A stretch of 62,268 nt of DNA, filler included, from Choristocarpus tenellus KU-1152 (taxonomy: Eukaryota > Protista > Phaeophyceae): the NCBI GenBank assembly GCA_964200185.2. It is 9 parts of 9 records of this genome, joined end to end, with 100 filler letters (N's around TTAATTAATTAA, not from the genome) between each part and the next. Parts side by side here need not be neighbours in the genome. Positions count along the whole stretch, not along the records: positions 4,883 to 16,876 come from CAXNAD020002033.1; positions 16,977 to 24,861 come from CAXNAD020005447.1; positions 24,962 to 37,128 come from CAXNAD020001941.1; 6 more parts are not named here. One strand, given 5' to 3'. Shown here piece by piece: positions 11,966 through 25,159 of the stretch (within the stretch, counting starts at the first letter, position 1; every line of letters begins with the position of its first letter). The translations under genes and the position numbers were made by a program. A model generated the notes under the pieces. That model was given only the letters and a program-made list of their open reading frames with translations, was not told the origin of the DNA and made no database searches.

Positions 11966-12599
11966 TGTCTCTGGGGTTCATTCGGGGGTTTGGGTAATGG
12001 TTTGCCCATACTTCATTTTTATGGTTGTTTGTGATTTGTTGCAAATCAGTGTGTGTGATGTATGATACTCAAAGTATGAAACAGTGTACGCCAAGGAAGG
12101 TAACCTTTGTTTTTTTTCTGCTTGTCACTCTTCACTTACTTCATTCAGCAAAGACCCTAATTCCCCTTTTGTGTGGAGATGAGGCAGAGAGCAGACGTGA
12201 AGGAGCTGCACATGTGTTCATTGACAAGTATTGTGCGGTAACAATGGCCGGACGGACTTGCTTCTCTTTTGGGGCTCTGAACTACTGCCAGAACACTGAG
12301 GGAAAACATTTTTTTTTCCCTAATATTCACTGCTGGTGGTAGGTGGGTTGGCACAGTCGTTTTTAGGCCCTCAGGAACTACTGCATTCTTTGGGAATAGT
12401 TGTGCTTGGCATGGTGCCAGTGACTGGAATGCCTCTCTGTGATACTGACTACACCCACTCCTTGGGTAACACTCAACATAATAATGTGATGCTCTAGAAT
12501 GCTCGGGAAAAAAGTGGTCTACATTGGGTTCTTTATCCGGACAACATGTTATGTTACATTACATGTCCATGTGAACCCAGCAAAAAAGGGAACTTCTTA

Positions 12600-13745
12600 G
12601 ATACGGTGCACATTATTTTTCGTGTTTCTCTCTGGCATGATATCAACGTGGTATTATATAGAAAGGGGTTCGAGGACACACAGTGCTAATCTGGAGGAGT
12701 CTATTATAAGGTACAGGAAAGCTCCATGTACATGGGTGAATATACTTTCCTTACTATGATAGCAAAATAAATACTGGAGTATTTAAGACTGTACAAGACG
12801 CTTTGGAACATTAAATAGTCATTGAGGGACTGAATCACGAGAGGTTACATGGTTGAACTTGGTATTTAGAGACAATTGTAGAGAGAACAAACTACATGTG
12901 GACAGTGCTGTATCAGATTTAGGCAAGGCAAGGAAGGATAGTTTAGAGGAGTTAAGGTAGGGCGTAAACCCAGCACAATTTCATTGTACCTGCTTACAGA
13001 TTCTCGTGAGGTAATTAAAATTGCCAAGAAAGTTGGATACAATTTTTTCTGTCCAGAGTACTGACATACCTTGTTGCGCCCAAATGTCGCAAGGTGTAGT
13101 GTTATCAGTTTGGTGACGCGCTTATCCAGTTGAGAATCATGGGGTGATGCTAAAGAAGGCCTAAGATGAACTTAGAGTGTCCTCACCAATGTATTTCAAA
13201 TACAGCGAGTAGAAGCAAGGCTGGTTCCACATAATTATTCTGTATAGTTACGAGAAAAATCAAAGAAAGGTGGAAAAGTACTGTCAACACCAACCAGGTG
13301 CTATATGGGTGTGTTTTTGAGGGAGGGTAAATTCTGGCGGGATGCACATCTGGATCGTGCCTGCAAAATTTAATGTCATTATAGACAGAATAACCTTATT
13401 ATGTGGAAGTACAGTGCTTCGTACCTTCATGCGGGAACTGTATTTTGAAACGATCTATTGGAGTCACACATATGCATATGGTAACAATTTTTTAATCAAG
13501 CAGGTTGAAATTGTGGTTGAACAATCTGATGGGTGAAGAGGATGCCCCGTCATTCTGTGTTTGTAGAAGTATTTCTCTTGTATGTGGTCCAGAGGCAGGG
13601 TCGTTGATGAACTCAACAATCTTGCGAGTTAAGTTGTAGAGAGTACAGGCTGGTTGTGCTGGAAGTGATAAATGAAACACTAGAAGCCTGACATGAGGTA
13701 CATGAATCATCGGGTCAATTAATTTTGAGCAGGGGAGATCTCCGT
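12600..13745 (+). mobile_element. Highly degenerate Copia RT/RNase H region ending in a PPT-like tract
   Basis: Broken pieces such as VLYRKGFEDTQC.SGGVYY and TLWNIK..LG resemble Copia RT; AGGGGGAGAT near 13731. Confidence 0.3.
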
Positions 13746-13988
13746 CTTTGAAATCAAGCCGTTAGCAACCAAGGAAGGAGAAGGACACTCTCTGGTAACT
13801 GTATACACACATGCACATATATATATGAATGAATGAGCAACGATTTAATTAATACTTGAATATATATTAGTTCTAGTGTATGTATATACACACTAAGTAC
13901 AGATATGTACGATATATAGATTCTGAGTTGATGTGGACCATTAGTGTGAGTGAATGCCTCACAATCTGGACAATTAATATAGAGAGCA

Positions 13989-14171
13989 GGCCCAAAGTAT
14001 CTGGGGGAGGGGGGGGGAGGTCTACACCAGGGTGTCCATTTGGACCAAAATAAGGAAAATTGTATTTACATTATCCATCCGACGCATGCGACCAAATCAC
14101 CCAAAAATCGTGATATGAAAAAGTTGACCTCAAACGGATAGCCGCAACCCCCCCCCCAGATACTTTGAGGC
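13989..14171. mobile_element. MITE family A, complete
   Basis: TIRs GGCCCAAAGTATCTGGGG / CCCCAGATACTTTGAGGC; 4-bp TSD AGCA. Confidence 0.95.
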
Positions 14172-14679
14172 AGCATCACTTGGGGATTAATAATAATAAG
14201 GTTTGGTTAATATTTTAAACGGAATGTTGGCGAACTATATTGAAGTCCATCGCTTCATGGTTGCTCTAGATAAAATTGGCACTAAAGTTATCACAAACCT
14301 CTTTTCTTGAAATTTCTTTGGACTTCCACTATATACTCCATTCTACGCTATTTTCAAATCTCGTACGATATGTATTTAGTATGTCGGTTGGAAATTAAAT
14401 ACAGTAGGACCGTCGCCGTTCAATCACAAATTACCTATCTTCAAGAAATCTATGATACGAAGTCAGATATAAGTATAGAATTTGAGATTTCGGCGTTTAG
14501 AAACATATCTGTGTCGTGCTGATTTCTCCATGCAGACTAAGGAAAACTCTTCTTTACTACTGATTGCAAATTCTAGAGGTTGGGAATATGCACAACATTA
14601 TCACTACAAGACATTCACACATTATATATATATATATATATATATATCTGGGCTTGAGGTCAAACTACCAAGTATTAAG

Positions 14680-14950
14680 CGGAGGTGCCCATAGGAAAGG
14701 GTGTAGTTTTGAGTTAGTTTGGTCTCTCAGTATGGATGTACCTGTTGGAATCTTGAATTTGATTAAATTGTGCCCTGAAGTACAGGTTGACAACCGTTAG
14801 TTGATTCAGATATTGTGCTCTGTGTAGAGGTTTGAAGTCTTGTGGTAGCCAAGAGGTGACCCAGTGCATTGAAGCACTAGTGGCATCCAATGCGATGAAC
14901 GTATAGTGATGTTCTCTGTGATGAGGCTTTGTTGATACTGCATGCTCTGA
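14680..14950 (-). mobile_element. Possible retroelement integrase remnant
   Basis: Minus-strand HYTFIALDATSASMHWVTSWL resembles the rve pattern Y.l..vD..S...wv. Confidence 0.25.
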
Positions 14951-15477
14951 GTAGAGGGTTGTTGCGTTGTGTTGAAGGTTTTGGATGTATTAACTCTTAA
15001 TATTTTCCATACAGGTGTGTGTCAAGGTACACATAATGCAGAGTGAGATCGAGGTCTCGCAAAGGGGCGACACCTTCATACTATCAAAAAAGAGACATAT
15101 TCCAGAGTCAGGTCCTATCAAAAACAAAAGAATGAAGTCTTATGTCTGGGTCAACACGTAATTGTCACGTGAGTGGTGATGTACTAGGTTTGCACAATGG
15201 GTACAGACTACCGACACATGACCAAGGGTAACAATGTCCATACACAGTGAACTGGTGAGACATTATAATTATGTAGTACAGTACCACATGCAGTAAGGAT
15301 GTAAGTGTGAATAGTCACACACTAAAGAAATATCACTAGAGAACAAAACAGTCGTTACAGGGTGAAGACAATGCACTGTGTATCTGTGTATCACAGGGAC
15401 AGTACCCCAAGTTTCAATACTATTATAAGGTACTCAATGATACGTTTTCCAACATCCAACGTCCAATAATATTGTTA

Positions 15478-15658
15478 GACCCAAAGTATCTGAGGGGAGG
15501 TGGGGGCGGTCTACACCATAGTGTCCATTTGGACCAAAACCAGGAAAAGTGCACTTTCATTATCCATCCAACGTATGGATCCAAATCACCCAAAAATCGC
15601 GATATGAAAAAATTGGCCCCAACTGGACAGCCGCCACCCCCCCCAGATACTTTGAGAT
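15478..15658. mobile_element. MITE family A, complete
   Basis: GACCCAAAGTATCTG..CCCCAGATACTTTGAG; very similar to 16681-16853; no clean TSD. Confidence 0.92.
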
Positions 15659-16680
15659 GGAGCATAGTCACAACAGCAGCATCAACAACGATATCAATAT
15701 ATAACTCTCTTCATGAGGTCAGTCAACACTTCATCATGAACAGCAATATAATAATATACTATTCCCATCTTAAGATCACTTTTCCTGTATCATTCACTGA
15801 ACATGTAAAGAGGGGAAAGGACGGTACATGTATATACCAACTGTTGAACACTAAATCGAGCTGGATGGATTCCAATGAGTAGGAGTGTCAACAAGAAAGG
15901 AATAGCGCTCCTGGTTACTGAATAGAGAAAGAAAACCACCAGAGAACGATGCATCTTGCACATAGGAAATCAAGGTGTGTTTGCATGATTACCTGATAAG
16001 TACAAACAAGTACGCAGTAGTAAACAGTCCAGACTGTCACAGAAACAAGAACAATGCTGCTTACAAAAACAAATCCACCTAGGTGGATAGTTGGTATGCA
16101 AATACTTTCTACTTCCATAGACTGGATACTTGGCGATGCAAAAAAAAATCTACTACTTGTCTGATTAAAAACCAACCCTAAGAGGTAGAATCGTGGCAAT
16201 ACCTACCTACAAGAAAACACATTCATACAACCCTTTGGTCTACCTACAATGACAATCATACACAAGCACTCTTGTCAAGACAGCATCAAGTGTGTACCTA
16301 CTGTACTATGTAGGTGATATGAACTCATGGAGAACTCATCAAATCTTTTCTCACTATCCCCCCTGAAAAGCACAAAAACAACAGGGTCTGCTGACTGGTC
16401 CATCCAAACCATGGCATGCAATGCTCATCACTATTCACCAATCAAATACTATGTTCAACATTCCAGAGTTGTAGAGAACACTTGAAATGCTAGACAAAAA
16501 CTGTACCTACTAGAGATAAATAAATCAAACCTTCATATAAATTCAAATCCAAAATGTCTACATCTCTCTCTCCATCTCGCAGTTGGTGGCCATTAACTAC
16601 ACACACAGGACCAGCACTTCCAAAAAAACAACCATAGGAACCATAAGCCAGGTCAATACAACCAGGTATTAGCATACAGG

Positions 16681-16853
16681 GACCCAAAGTATCTGGGGGG
16701 GGGGGTCGACACCAGAGTGTCCATTTGGACCAAAACCAGGAAAAGTGCACTTTCATTATCCATCCAACGTATGGAACCAAATCACCCAAAAATCACGACA
16801 TGAAAAAATTGGCCCCAACTGGACAGCCGCCACCCCCCCGGATACTTTGAGCC
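16681..16853. mobile_element. MITE family A, complete
   Basis: TIRs as in other A copies; 4-bp TSD CAGG. Confidence 0.95.
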
Positions 16854-16976
16854 CAGGCACTCCACTCTTGTCACACNNNNNNNNNNNNNNNNNNNNNNNN
16901 NNNNNNNNNNNNNNNNNNNNTTAATTAATTAANNNNNNNNNNNNNNNNNNNNNNNNNNNNNNNNNNNNNNNNNNNN

Positions 16977-18444
16977 CAGGGCAGTCCTGACACCAGCGTC
17001 ACCCCCGTCCCCACCCCCCCCACCCTCGTTAGTGTCATCCCCAACCATATCCCCAAACTGAATAATGGGAGACATAAAATCAATTGAGACCGAACCAGGA
17101 CTATCGGCAGAGTGTGCAGCAGTCACTGGGAGGGACCCAAGTGGAGGTGGTACCCAAGACCTAGATTGTGTTGTTGCCATCCCAACCTCAAGACTCACGG
17201 AAGTGCTGACAGAAGCAGGCGTGAGAGTAGTTGAAGGCGCTGAGCAATTCGACACCTCGTCTCTTGTGGCCTTGGAGCTCGAGCTCTTCACATTCCCTTT
17301 TTGAGTCCCTGTTGATGCCATCCCCAGTGCTGGAACTGACTCTTCAATTGTTCCTTTATCTTCTTCCACCTGACGGGTTCCCACAACAGACGTAACTGTC
17401 GCCGAAGTTGTTGACACAATCGACAACAGTGCAGCATCCTTCTTGGCTGCATTGGCCGTGGCCTCTTTGGCCTGGGCCGCTGCAGCCTCCTTGTTAGATG
17501 TGGCCTTGGCCTTGGCTTCTGCCTGTGCCCGCGCCTGAGAGGGGGTAATTCCAGGCTCACGGTCAAGGCAATCTGTCTTCACTAAGATATTGAGTCAAAA
17601 TACAACCCTAAACAAGATGAAACCAAACAGATTTCTGGGAAAAACAGAGCCAAGTTGTAAGTGGTGGGGTAGATGGTCTCAAAATTAAATGCAGTGAATG
17701 TATTGGACCGCTTGTATTAATCGTATTTATCCTTTTGATGTAAGGCAAAAACGCCACAAAATTCAGCTCCCATGTGACACTCATCTCCATTTACAACTGT
17801 TTATTCTTGCAACACAAAAGGTTGCCTTCTACCATTACACAAGCAAGACAAATTACGCCAACTGCACTACACAGGGGAACAAAACGCCCTAAATATACCA
17901 AAACTCTGTGCGCACTGCTCTCCACAACAGTCACAAAAATGAACCTGTGGGCACTTCCCCCACACCTAATTCCAGCGAACACATCCTATGGGCTTAGTGA
18001 GGCCTGACTTATTCCACCAGTGTAGCAAATCCCATCAAGTTGATGCTCCCTTCAAGTTTTCACCCTTCAATCCTCAACATTAGCATGACTTATCTACACA
18101 ACTTCTATCCCACCACAATGGAATTGTGTATCCCCAAGATGAAAGAACACCACACAAAAGCGGTGCATGCCACACCTGGCTCTCTACCAGCGCCTTGACC
18201 CTTGCTGCGTCCCGTTCCTGCCGTCTTGCCTCTCTTAGTGCCTGCTGGTTCGCCCTCTGCACTGCCAAGGCCTCTGCCCTTGCCTTCCTCTGCTTCTGGC
18301 GGAGGGCCTCCTTTTCCTCTGCTTCCCTCTGCTCCTTTCGCTCCTTGAGACCTTGCTTGCGAGACTTCACTACCTCGAACTCTGACGTGTCGAACTGACC
18401 TGTCTGGATGCCCTGTGTCATATGTGTCATATTTGTCCCATTTG

Positions 18445-18487
<43 letters not shown>

Positions 18488-21400
18488 AAAAAAAAACAAC
18501 AAACAAAAAAAAAAAAAAAAGAAGGCCCCCCCAACAAAAACAAAAAGGGCGCGAGGGCGGAAAAAAAAAAAAANNNNNNNNNNAAACTCTGACGTGTCAA
18601 ACTGACCTGTCTGAATGCCCTGTGTAATATGTGTAATATTTGTCCCATTTAAAAAAAAAAAAAAAAAACGCACACACATTGAATGTTCACATTAAAAAAA
18701 AAACAGGGTGCTGTCAACAAGAAAAAGGTTTGCCCCTTCACGTAAAACACAAAGCACAATACGTCACCCTAACCCTAACCCTCACCCTAACCAGCCAAAA
18801 CGGGGCACTCTCCTACGAAGGCTTATCCCTCTGAGAACAGAGTACAATCACCACGCAACAAATGCAAGGCGTCAATCTTAACTATAAACAATGTACTGAA
18901 TTACAATAAAATATTCGACAAGGGGCCACAAGGGTCCCTTGCACTGTCACCCAGGTACCCCCCTAGCCTCCTGATATTTGAAATTAATGTGCCGGGGGTA
19001 TACTTGCTGTGTCTATTTGAAAAGACCTAGGTTTGTGAGCAGATTATGTTCTTGACTTCTTCTGTGCAAAGAAAAATAATAATAAAATTTAAAATGCTTA
19101 ATGATGTGCTGCATGATGAGTTAGTTACCTTGGCGGCGTGCTTTTCAAGACTTAAAAAAAAGGAATGGAGGACAAGTACAGGAAAAAAATGAAAAAAACG
19201 TGTTTGATGTGAACCATTTTATGGGCGATGTTGCATTCCCATGAGGTAGGTAATGATGGCAAGTGGACATGTTGTTCCTGTGGCAATGCGTGCGGGCTGT
19301 GAAATCTAGTTGATTGTCTCACTCACTGTAACCTCCAAGTTGTAAGGAGATTGCCACAACCTACACAACTCTTAAGCACACACACCCCACCACCAGACAC
19401 CTGATACCTTCCAAGGTATACCTGCTGCAGGTCAATTCACCCTCTACACACAGAAGCAGTCTCATAATAACCCCACCACAGAATCTTGGTACAATAATTT
19501 ATCCCATACACTATTAATAGTAGCTGATCACAAATCTACACATACATTCAAACATGTATACACTGGAAATATGAGATTATTGATATTTTTATTATTGCTA
19601 ACATTAGTCTGAGGAGTCCCAGACCCGCGGTGGAAAAGGTAAGTCAGAGAATTAGAAAAAAATACACAGTTTGGGATTGAGAAATATTAATATTAATAAT
19701 ATAGAAGAAAAAAAAGGAACACCAGAAAAAGAAGTAAGGAATGTATCTATACTAGCATCTGGATGAAGTACCAGCCCTTCTCAATAAGTCCCCTAACCCT
19801 AACCCTAAAAAATAACAAAACAAGAAATTCTGTATCACTGTTTTTAAAAAATGGTACAGAATTGCCAAAAAAATGTTATTTATGAAAGGACATTCACTGG
19901 ACTAGTGACATGCCTCCCATGTAGATCATATACAAGTACTACACATTGTCAACAAGCAAAAGAGAAAGGCAGTCTCCTGAAATATAAATAAAAAACAGAA
20001 CACACTGACTATACACTGTTGCTGCAATATCCCCAGGCCGCAGAGCCTTCACCTTGCTATATTATGAAAGAAGTGTACCTGTCATACCACATCATCCAAT
20101 AAATAATCTAAAACATGTCTAAAATTGATCTTTGAAAAGCCAACACACCATGGGTTCACAGTATACACGCATACGTAACATATGTAACACACACACATAT
20201 ATATGTATATATATATATTTGTACTAAAGCTGCAAACACACTGCCACAAAATAAAAAACACAGTCCTCATTTCTTGTACAGCAGAAACCTACTCAAACAG
20301 TCAACACACAAGCTGTCACTATTAATAACCCCAACCCTAACCCCTAACCCTTGAACTACGAGCAGAGTCAGATCGCTAAAAGCCAACACCCCACAGAAAC
20401 GCAACACTAAGGTACACCTTCAACACTAAGGTACACCTTCAACACTAAGGTACACCTTCAACACCACACCAAACCATCACATCAACACCAAACACAAACA
20501 CGTACGCAATTCACCCAAAACAAAAGAGTCACACCTAACAAAAACCTCCATCATAAGAGCATCTCACTCACCAACTGCTCCTCCACCACCACTATGCCGG
20601 GTGCCAGCAGCGGCTGCTGGTCGTTGTTCCCCCCCCTTCCCTCTTCCCTGAGATCCCCCACCACTCCTGCCACCACTTGGCAACCCTCCTCCAGCGCAGC
20701 TGCCATGTTTGGCTCCTCCATCCCTCCTCTCTTGAGCTTCTTCCGCTCCTGGGCAACGATAAAGAAAACTTTCTGTTCGTGTACCGATCTTTCCCCTTGC
20801 TTTCGTACACTAAAATCAAGTCAAATAAAATAAAAACATAAAACGAAAGCATAAATGAGGTCTTGTTTGGGTATGTATATATGTATATATATATAGGAAT
20901 TTATGTGTGTATTTATATATGTGTGTATGTATCATATGGATGTAAGGCAGTGCCTCATGTCGAGGGGCGTGGGGGCGGTATGGGTAGGGGGGAGAGGGGG
21001 AAGCAGCAGCATAAGAGGTATCAGCTCGATGTATATAATATGTATGTACAATGTATATAATATGTATATACAATGTATATATAACATATATAATATGACA
21101 CCAAAAAGATCTCCTCAAGAAGAGACAGAAAACTACAAAGAGAGGACAAATCAACACCCCAAGGTGTAGAAACCCTGTCAAGGTGGGGGGTTGGTTCCAC
21201 CCATGATACAAGAGGCATACAGAGGAGAGATACCCCTGCTGCACAGAGGAAAATGAGACATACTTGAATGCCATGTTGTCAGCAACTGCTGTGCTCTTTG
21301 AGGTAAGCTATAGCAAATCGCTTGAGCTGGACCTTGTGCATTGGTTGGAGTTAGGTATGCAGCTGAAGATCCTCTCAGGTAGGTAGGTAGGCAAGTATTT

Positions 21401-24400
21401 TGTGTAAGCATAAGTAGACCTTGCCTCCTCAGGCACATTGTAAGCAAATCCACAGTGGGGGATGGTGGAGGCGCTGGGCATGATTTGAATTAGGGAATAA
21501 CATGGACGGATATAATTAATGGAAAATCTTCCACTACAAGGCATCAAAGAGAGCCTTCATTTTTACAGTGGTTCACAGTCAAAACTTGAACATAAATTAT
21601 TGATTGCCTGATTGTACTTGTTTTTGAAATAAAAAAGAACCCTTTTTTTTACTATCATAGGATTGTTATTAGTCAGCAAGAACCACTATTCAAAACAAAA
21701 AAAATTACTGACAGACCCTCTTTCTAGGTGCAATCATGACATAGCAGATGTGAACTTCATCTCTTGCTCACCACTTTGTCCTATATTAGGACCAGAGCGC
21801 AACAGCACAACAAGGACATGTGATGTACTTTATTTGCCTCTAATACACCAAGGAGGCATTTTTCTTGGTATTAATCTTCTCGCCAGATGCACAAAACTCA
21901 CCCTCAAAACCTGAGACACAAGTAATTAGTTGCAATTAATTTCCCATCACTCAAAAACCATTTAGACCTCATCAGTATCAGTAACACACAAACCCACCCA
22001 CCCGATGCACAAGAACAGTACAATACTGATGGTACTGGACGTTTTTTAAGTGATAGATACCAACACTGCCCGATTTCAAACCTGTGCAAACAACCAGGCA
22101 GGCTATTTTAAATACACACACACCCTCTCAAGAGTTTAGGACACTTTGCCTGAGGCTTGCGGGATGTTGAATTTAATTTTGACACGACTCAGCCATAAAA
22201 AAGTTGAAAGCGATTCTACTTTGGCTTCCAATTTGTGATGGCTTCCCCTGGGTCACCTGCTGAACCACATTCATGTCACAGTGTGATGTTGCATAACCCT
22301 AACCCTTGAGTTAGAACTACACTCTCAATCACAACAAAACTATGTAACAGAAAAAAATAATGCTGCATCAAGAGAAGTGAACTCATAATACGATAAACAT
22401 GCTATTGATAGTAAATTACCATCTTACAAAAATTGAGTCCGTACACCTGGTTGACTGCACATAACCCCTGCTGCTTTTTGTACCATGATAAATATAGACA
22501 TGTACCATGATAAATATAGACAAGAGTACTGCCTGCGATTGGACAGCAAACTATATGCCAAAAACCCTTGCAAAGAGACATCAGTGAACATGTTGAACAC
22601 TCCCCTGACTTTTAAAAAGGCCACTGAGGTAATGGTCTCACTAGGAATTGAACTTCAAAATTTCAAACCCTAACCCTAGGTGGTCTTTTTTATTCTTGCA
22701 CTCTCACATATACAAAAAAAAATCTTGCATACACATACATGACATACACTGGAGTACAAGCAACCTTCAGCAACAAACACTAGTAGAACACAGTGTAATG
22801 ACCTTCAAATGGAAATGCCATATATGCCCAGGCATGGATCTACTAAAACATTACCAGCACCATCTACAACCTTTGAATTCTCAGAAAGGGACCCCTCTAA
22901 GTGCGTTATGGGCTTTTAGCACACAAAGCAGACTTGGGGTCAGGGTTAGTCACCTGTACTGTACTATCATGCAGGAATTCATTGAGGGTATACCTCAGAT
23001 TACTTGGAGCACTGGTGGAACACATCATAAGGTTATACCACCCGACATACCTCTGGTTTCTGAGGAGATAAGAAAGAAATTTCTGAACATAATCCGTGGC
23101 CTGCTCAAAAAAACAACCATGTTATACACTGTTACACGACAGGAGTCAATTTAACCATAAGTTATGAAGAACGTTACTATTGGTATGTAAACTAAATCGA
23201 CACACATGGAGTAGAACCTTAGTGATTGGTGAGGTAAGACCACAACAGAACCGAAGTCGGTATGATGGTATGATGGATTTTCTTTCGTACCATCACCAAT
23301 AAAGCAGCAATTGCCAAACTTTTTATAAGTTGACACATCCCACGCACTTTTGGAATTTGCACCCCTGGTCAAGTATCAATAATTAAAAAAATACAATAAA
23401 AATAATAGCTTGATTGATGAAAGAGAGTACACGGTTGAGTTGCAGCACACACTTAAACAGAAACAAGCCTTGTAAACGGCAAGGGGGCTGTGCTGAAGAG
23501 CAGTCAAAATTCACATGAAAATAGGATCGATCGTGCTTGACTTCACTCTTACATTTGACCTTATATTTGGCACCATTCATATATACATGGAGGCATTTTC
23601 ACTATGTTCCTTTCCCAAGCAGGCTAGGTCAAGAAATTGCTGGGGCAAGCCCTACATGAATGACTTTGTGAGAATGCCTATCTAAGGCAGAAGGATAGAG
23701 CAGAAGAGGTGGACCCCGAGCATAATTGTGTGTCATGTCATAGCTTGCAGGCAACAATCATGCCGATAAGATTAGTATGATTTTGCCAAGAAAGGAGATT
23801 GCTGGGAGAAAAAGCAAGACATACCTCGGGGTGATGAGATTAGAGATTAGAGACTGGAAACTAGAGACTGGCCTGACTATCCTCTGAGGTGGTTAAACCA
23901 GAAGAATGGTGAAATTAATCTGGAGATTGCATATACCCTGCCAAAAAATGGCTAGTGAGATATGATGCGATTTTTGCAATTTGCTAATTGATTCCACCCA
24001 CGATAGACTCACCAGCTGTACCCAGTCACTGTTTTCCACTGTGAGTAATAGTCAAAAGAGAATCAATCGATTGCAAACATCAATAAAAAGGTGTCGCTTT
24101 TGAAAAATTGTACCTCTTCCTGACTCTCAACTCCAACAGAAAACAGTAATGAGGTACACCTTCTGGGTATGTGGTATTCACAAATTCACAAAACTATATC
24201 AAAATTCCAGTTGACATTCTACAGCAAGCTACATTCAATCTCCAGAATACATTCATCACCCTGGTTTGACCACTCCAGGTTATAGACAGGGCAGTCTATG
24301 GACATTATTTGTCAATCTGAGCAAAGGAGATCAAGTTATTTCGGAGTCTGTGCACTGGGTACATTTTATTACTTTAATTACCAGAAATAGTGGAGTAACC

Positions 24401-24861
24401 AGTAGGTAGCATATATTCCCACAGATAAAGTCAATTATTGTAGTCTAGCTTGACTTATAGACCATGTTCAGCCTTGTTGTCCCCCACATAATATCTTCAA
24501 ATATTTAAACAGAAATAAAACCAAGATAAACATACCTTACATGTTACAAAAATAACCTTGACATTCATGAACTCCTAGCAGCAGCATTGGCACTCCATAA
24601 TACTCAAAGCAAAACTCAGCCCTGATACCAACTTCCTGACCTTTCTTGTCTCCTTCAGCTTTTCCCTCTCCTCCTTGGCTCTTGCTTCCTCCCTCTCCTT
24701 TTCCACCTTCTCTTCAGCCTCCCTTACCCTGGGATCCTTAGCCTTACCACTCTTCCCGTTCAAATCCATACCTCCACCATCTCGGAACATTCCTCCTCTC
24801 CCCCGACTATCTCTTTCCCTTCCCCCATCCCCCACAGTGCCTCCAGATGAGTCTCCCCCCC
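16977..24861 (-). CDS. Internal part of a multi-exon gene of unknown function (charged coiled-coil and Gly/Ser-rich segments)
   Basis: GT-AG-bounded coding segments at about 24641-24861 (..EAEEKVEKEREEARAK..), 23050-23099, 21420-21533, 20571-20809, 19109-19130 with 19131-19150, 18175-18412 (GIQTGQFDTSEFEVVKSRKQ..) and 16977-17582; exact exon set uncertain. Confidence 0.65.
20402..20465 (+). repeat. 19-bp tandem repeat, 3 copies
   Basis: CAACACTAAGGTACACCTT repeated. Confidence 0.9.
23590..23990 (+). mobile_element. Possible DIRS/Ngaro-like RT remnant in an intron
   Basis: PYMNDF (YxDD-like) followed by KTYLGVM and MVKLIWRLH in broken frames. Confidence 0.3.
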
Positions 24862-24961
24862 NNNNNNNNNNNNNNNNNNNNNNNNNNNNNNNNNNNNNNN
24901 NNNNNTTAATTAATTAANNNNNNNNNNNNNNNNNNNNNNNNNNNNNNNNNNNNNNNNNNNN

Positions 24962-25061
24962 GTCGGATTTGAAATGTCAGCAAAAAAAAAAAGTTGTTTT
25001 GACCGAAACGGACGCCCCCTCACAAACCACACACACACACACCCCACAGATACTTTGACCC
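24962..25061. mobile_element. Terminal fragment of a third MITE variant with the same TIR core
   Basis: AAACGGAC..CCCCACAGATACTTTGACCC at contig start; interior differs from families A and B. Confidence 0.65.
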
Positions 25062-25159
25062 TGCTTCTGATTACATAGAACAAAGAAAAATTGCAAAAAT
25101 ATTTTGCTGTCAAAAGTTGCAAGGTTCATATTGGGGCAATTCAGTGAGAATATATTCAC

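Noticed and set aside
18378-18670. Duplicated exon start (GIQTGQFDTSEF) and poly-A/poly-Phe ORFs
   Set aside because: The duplicate straddles an N gap and noisy homopolymer, so it is most likely a scaffolding artefact.
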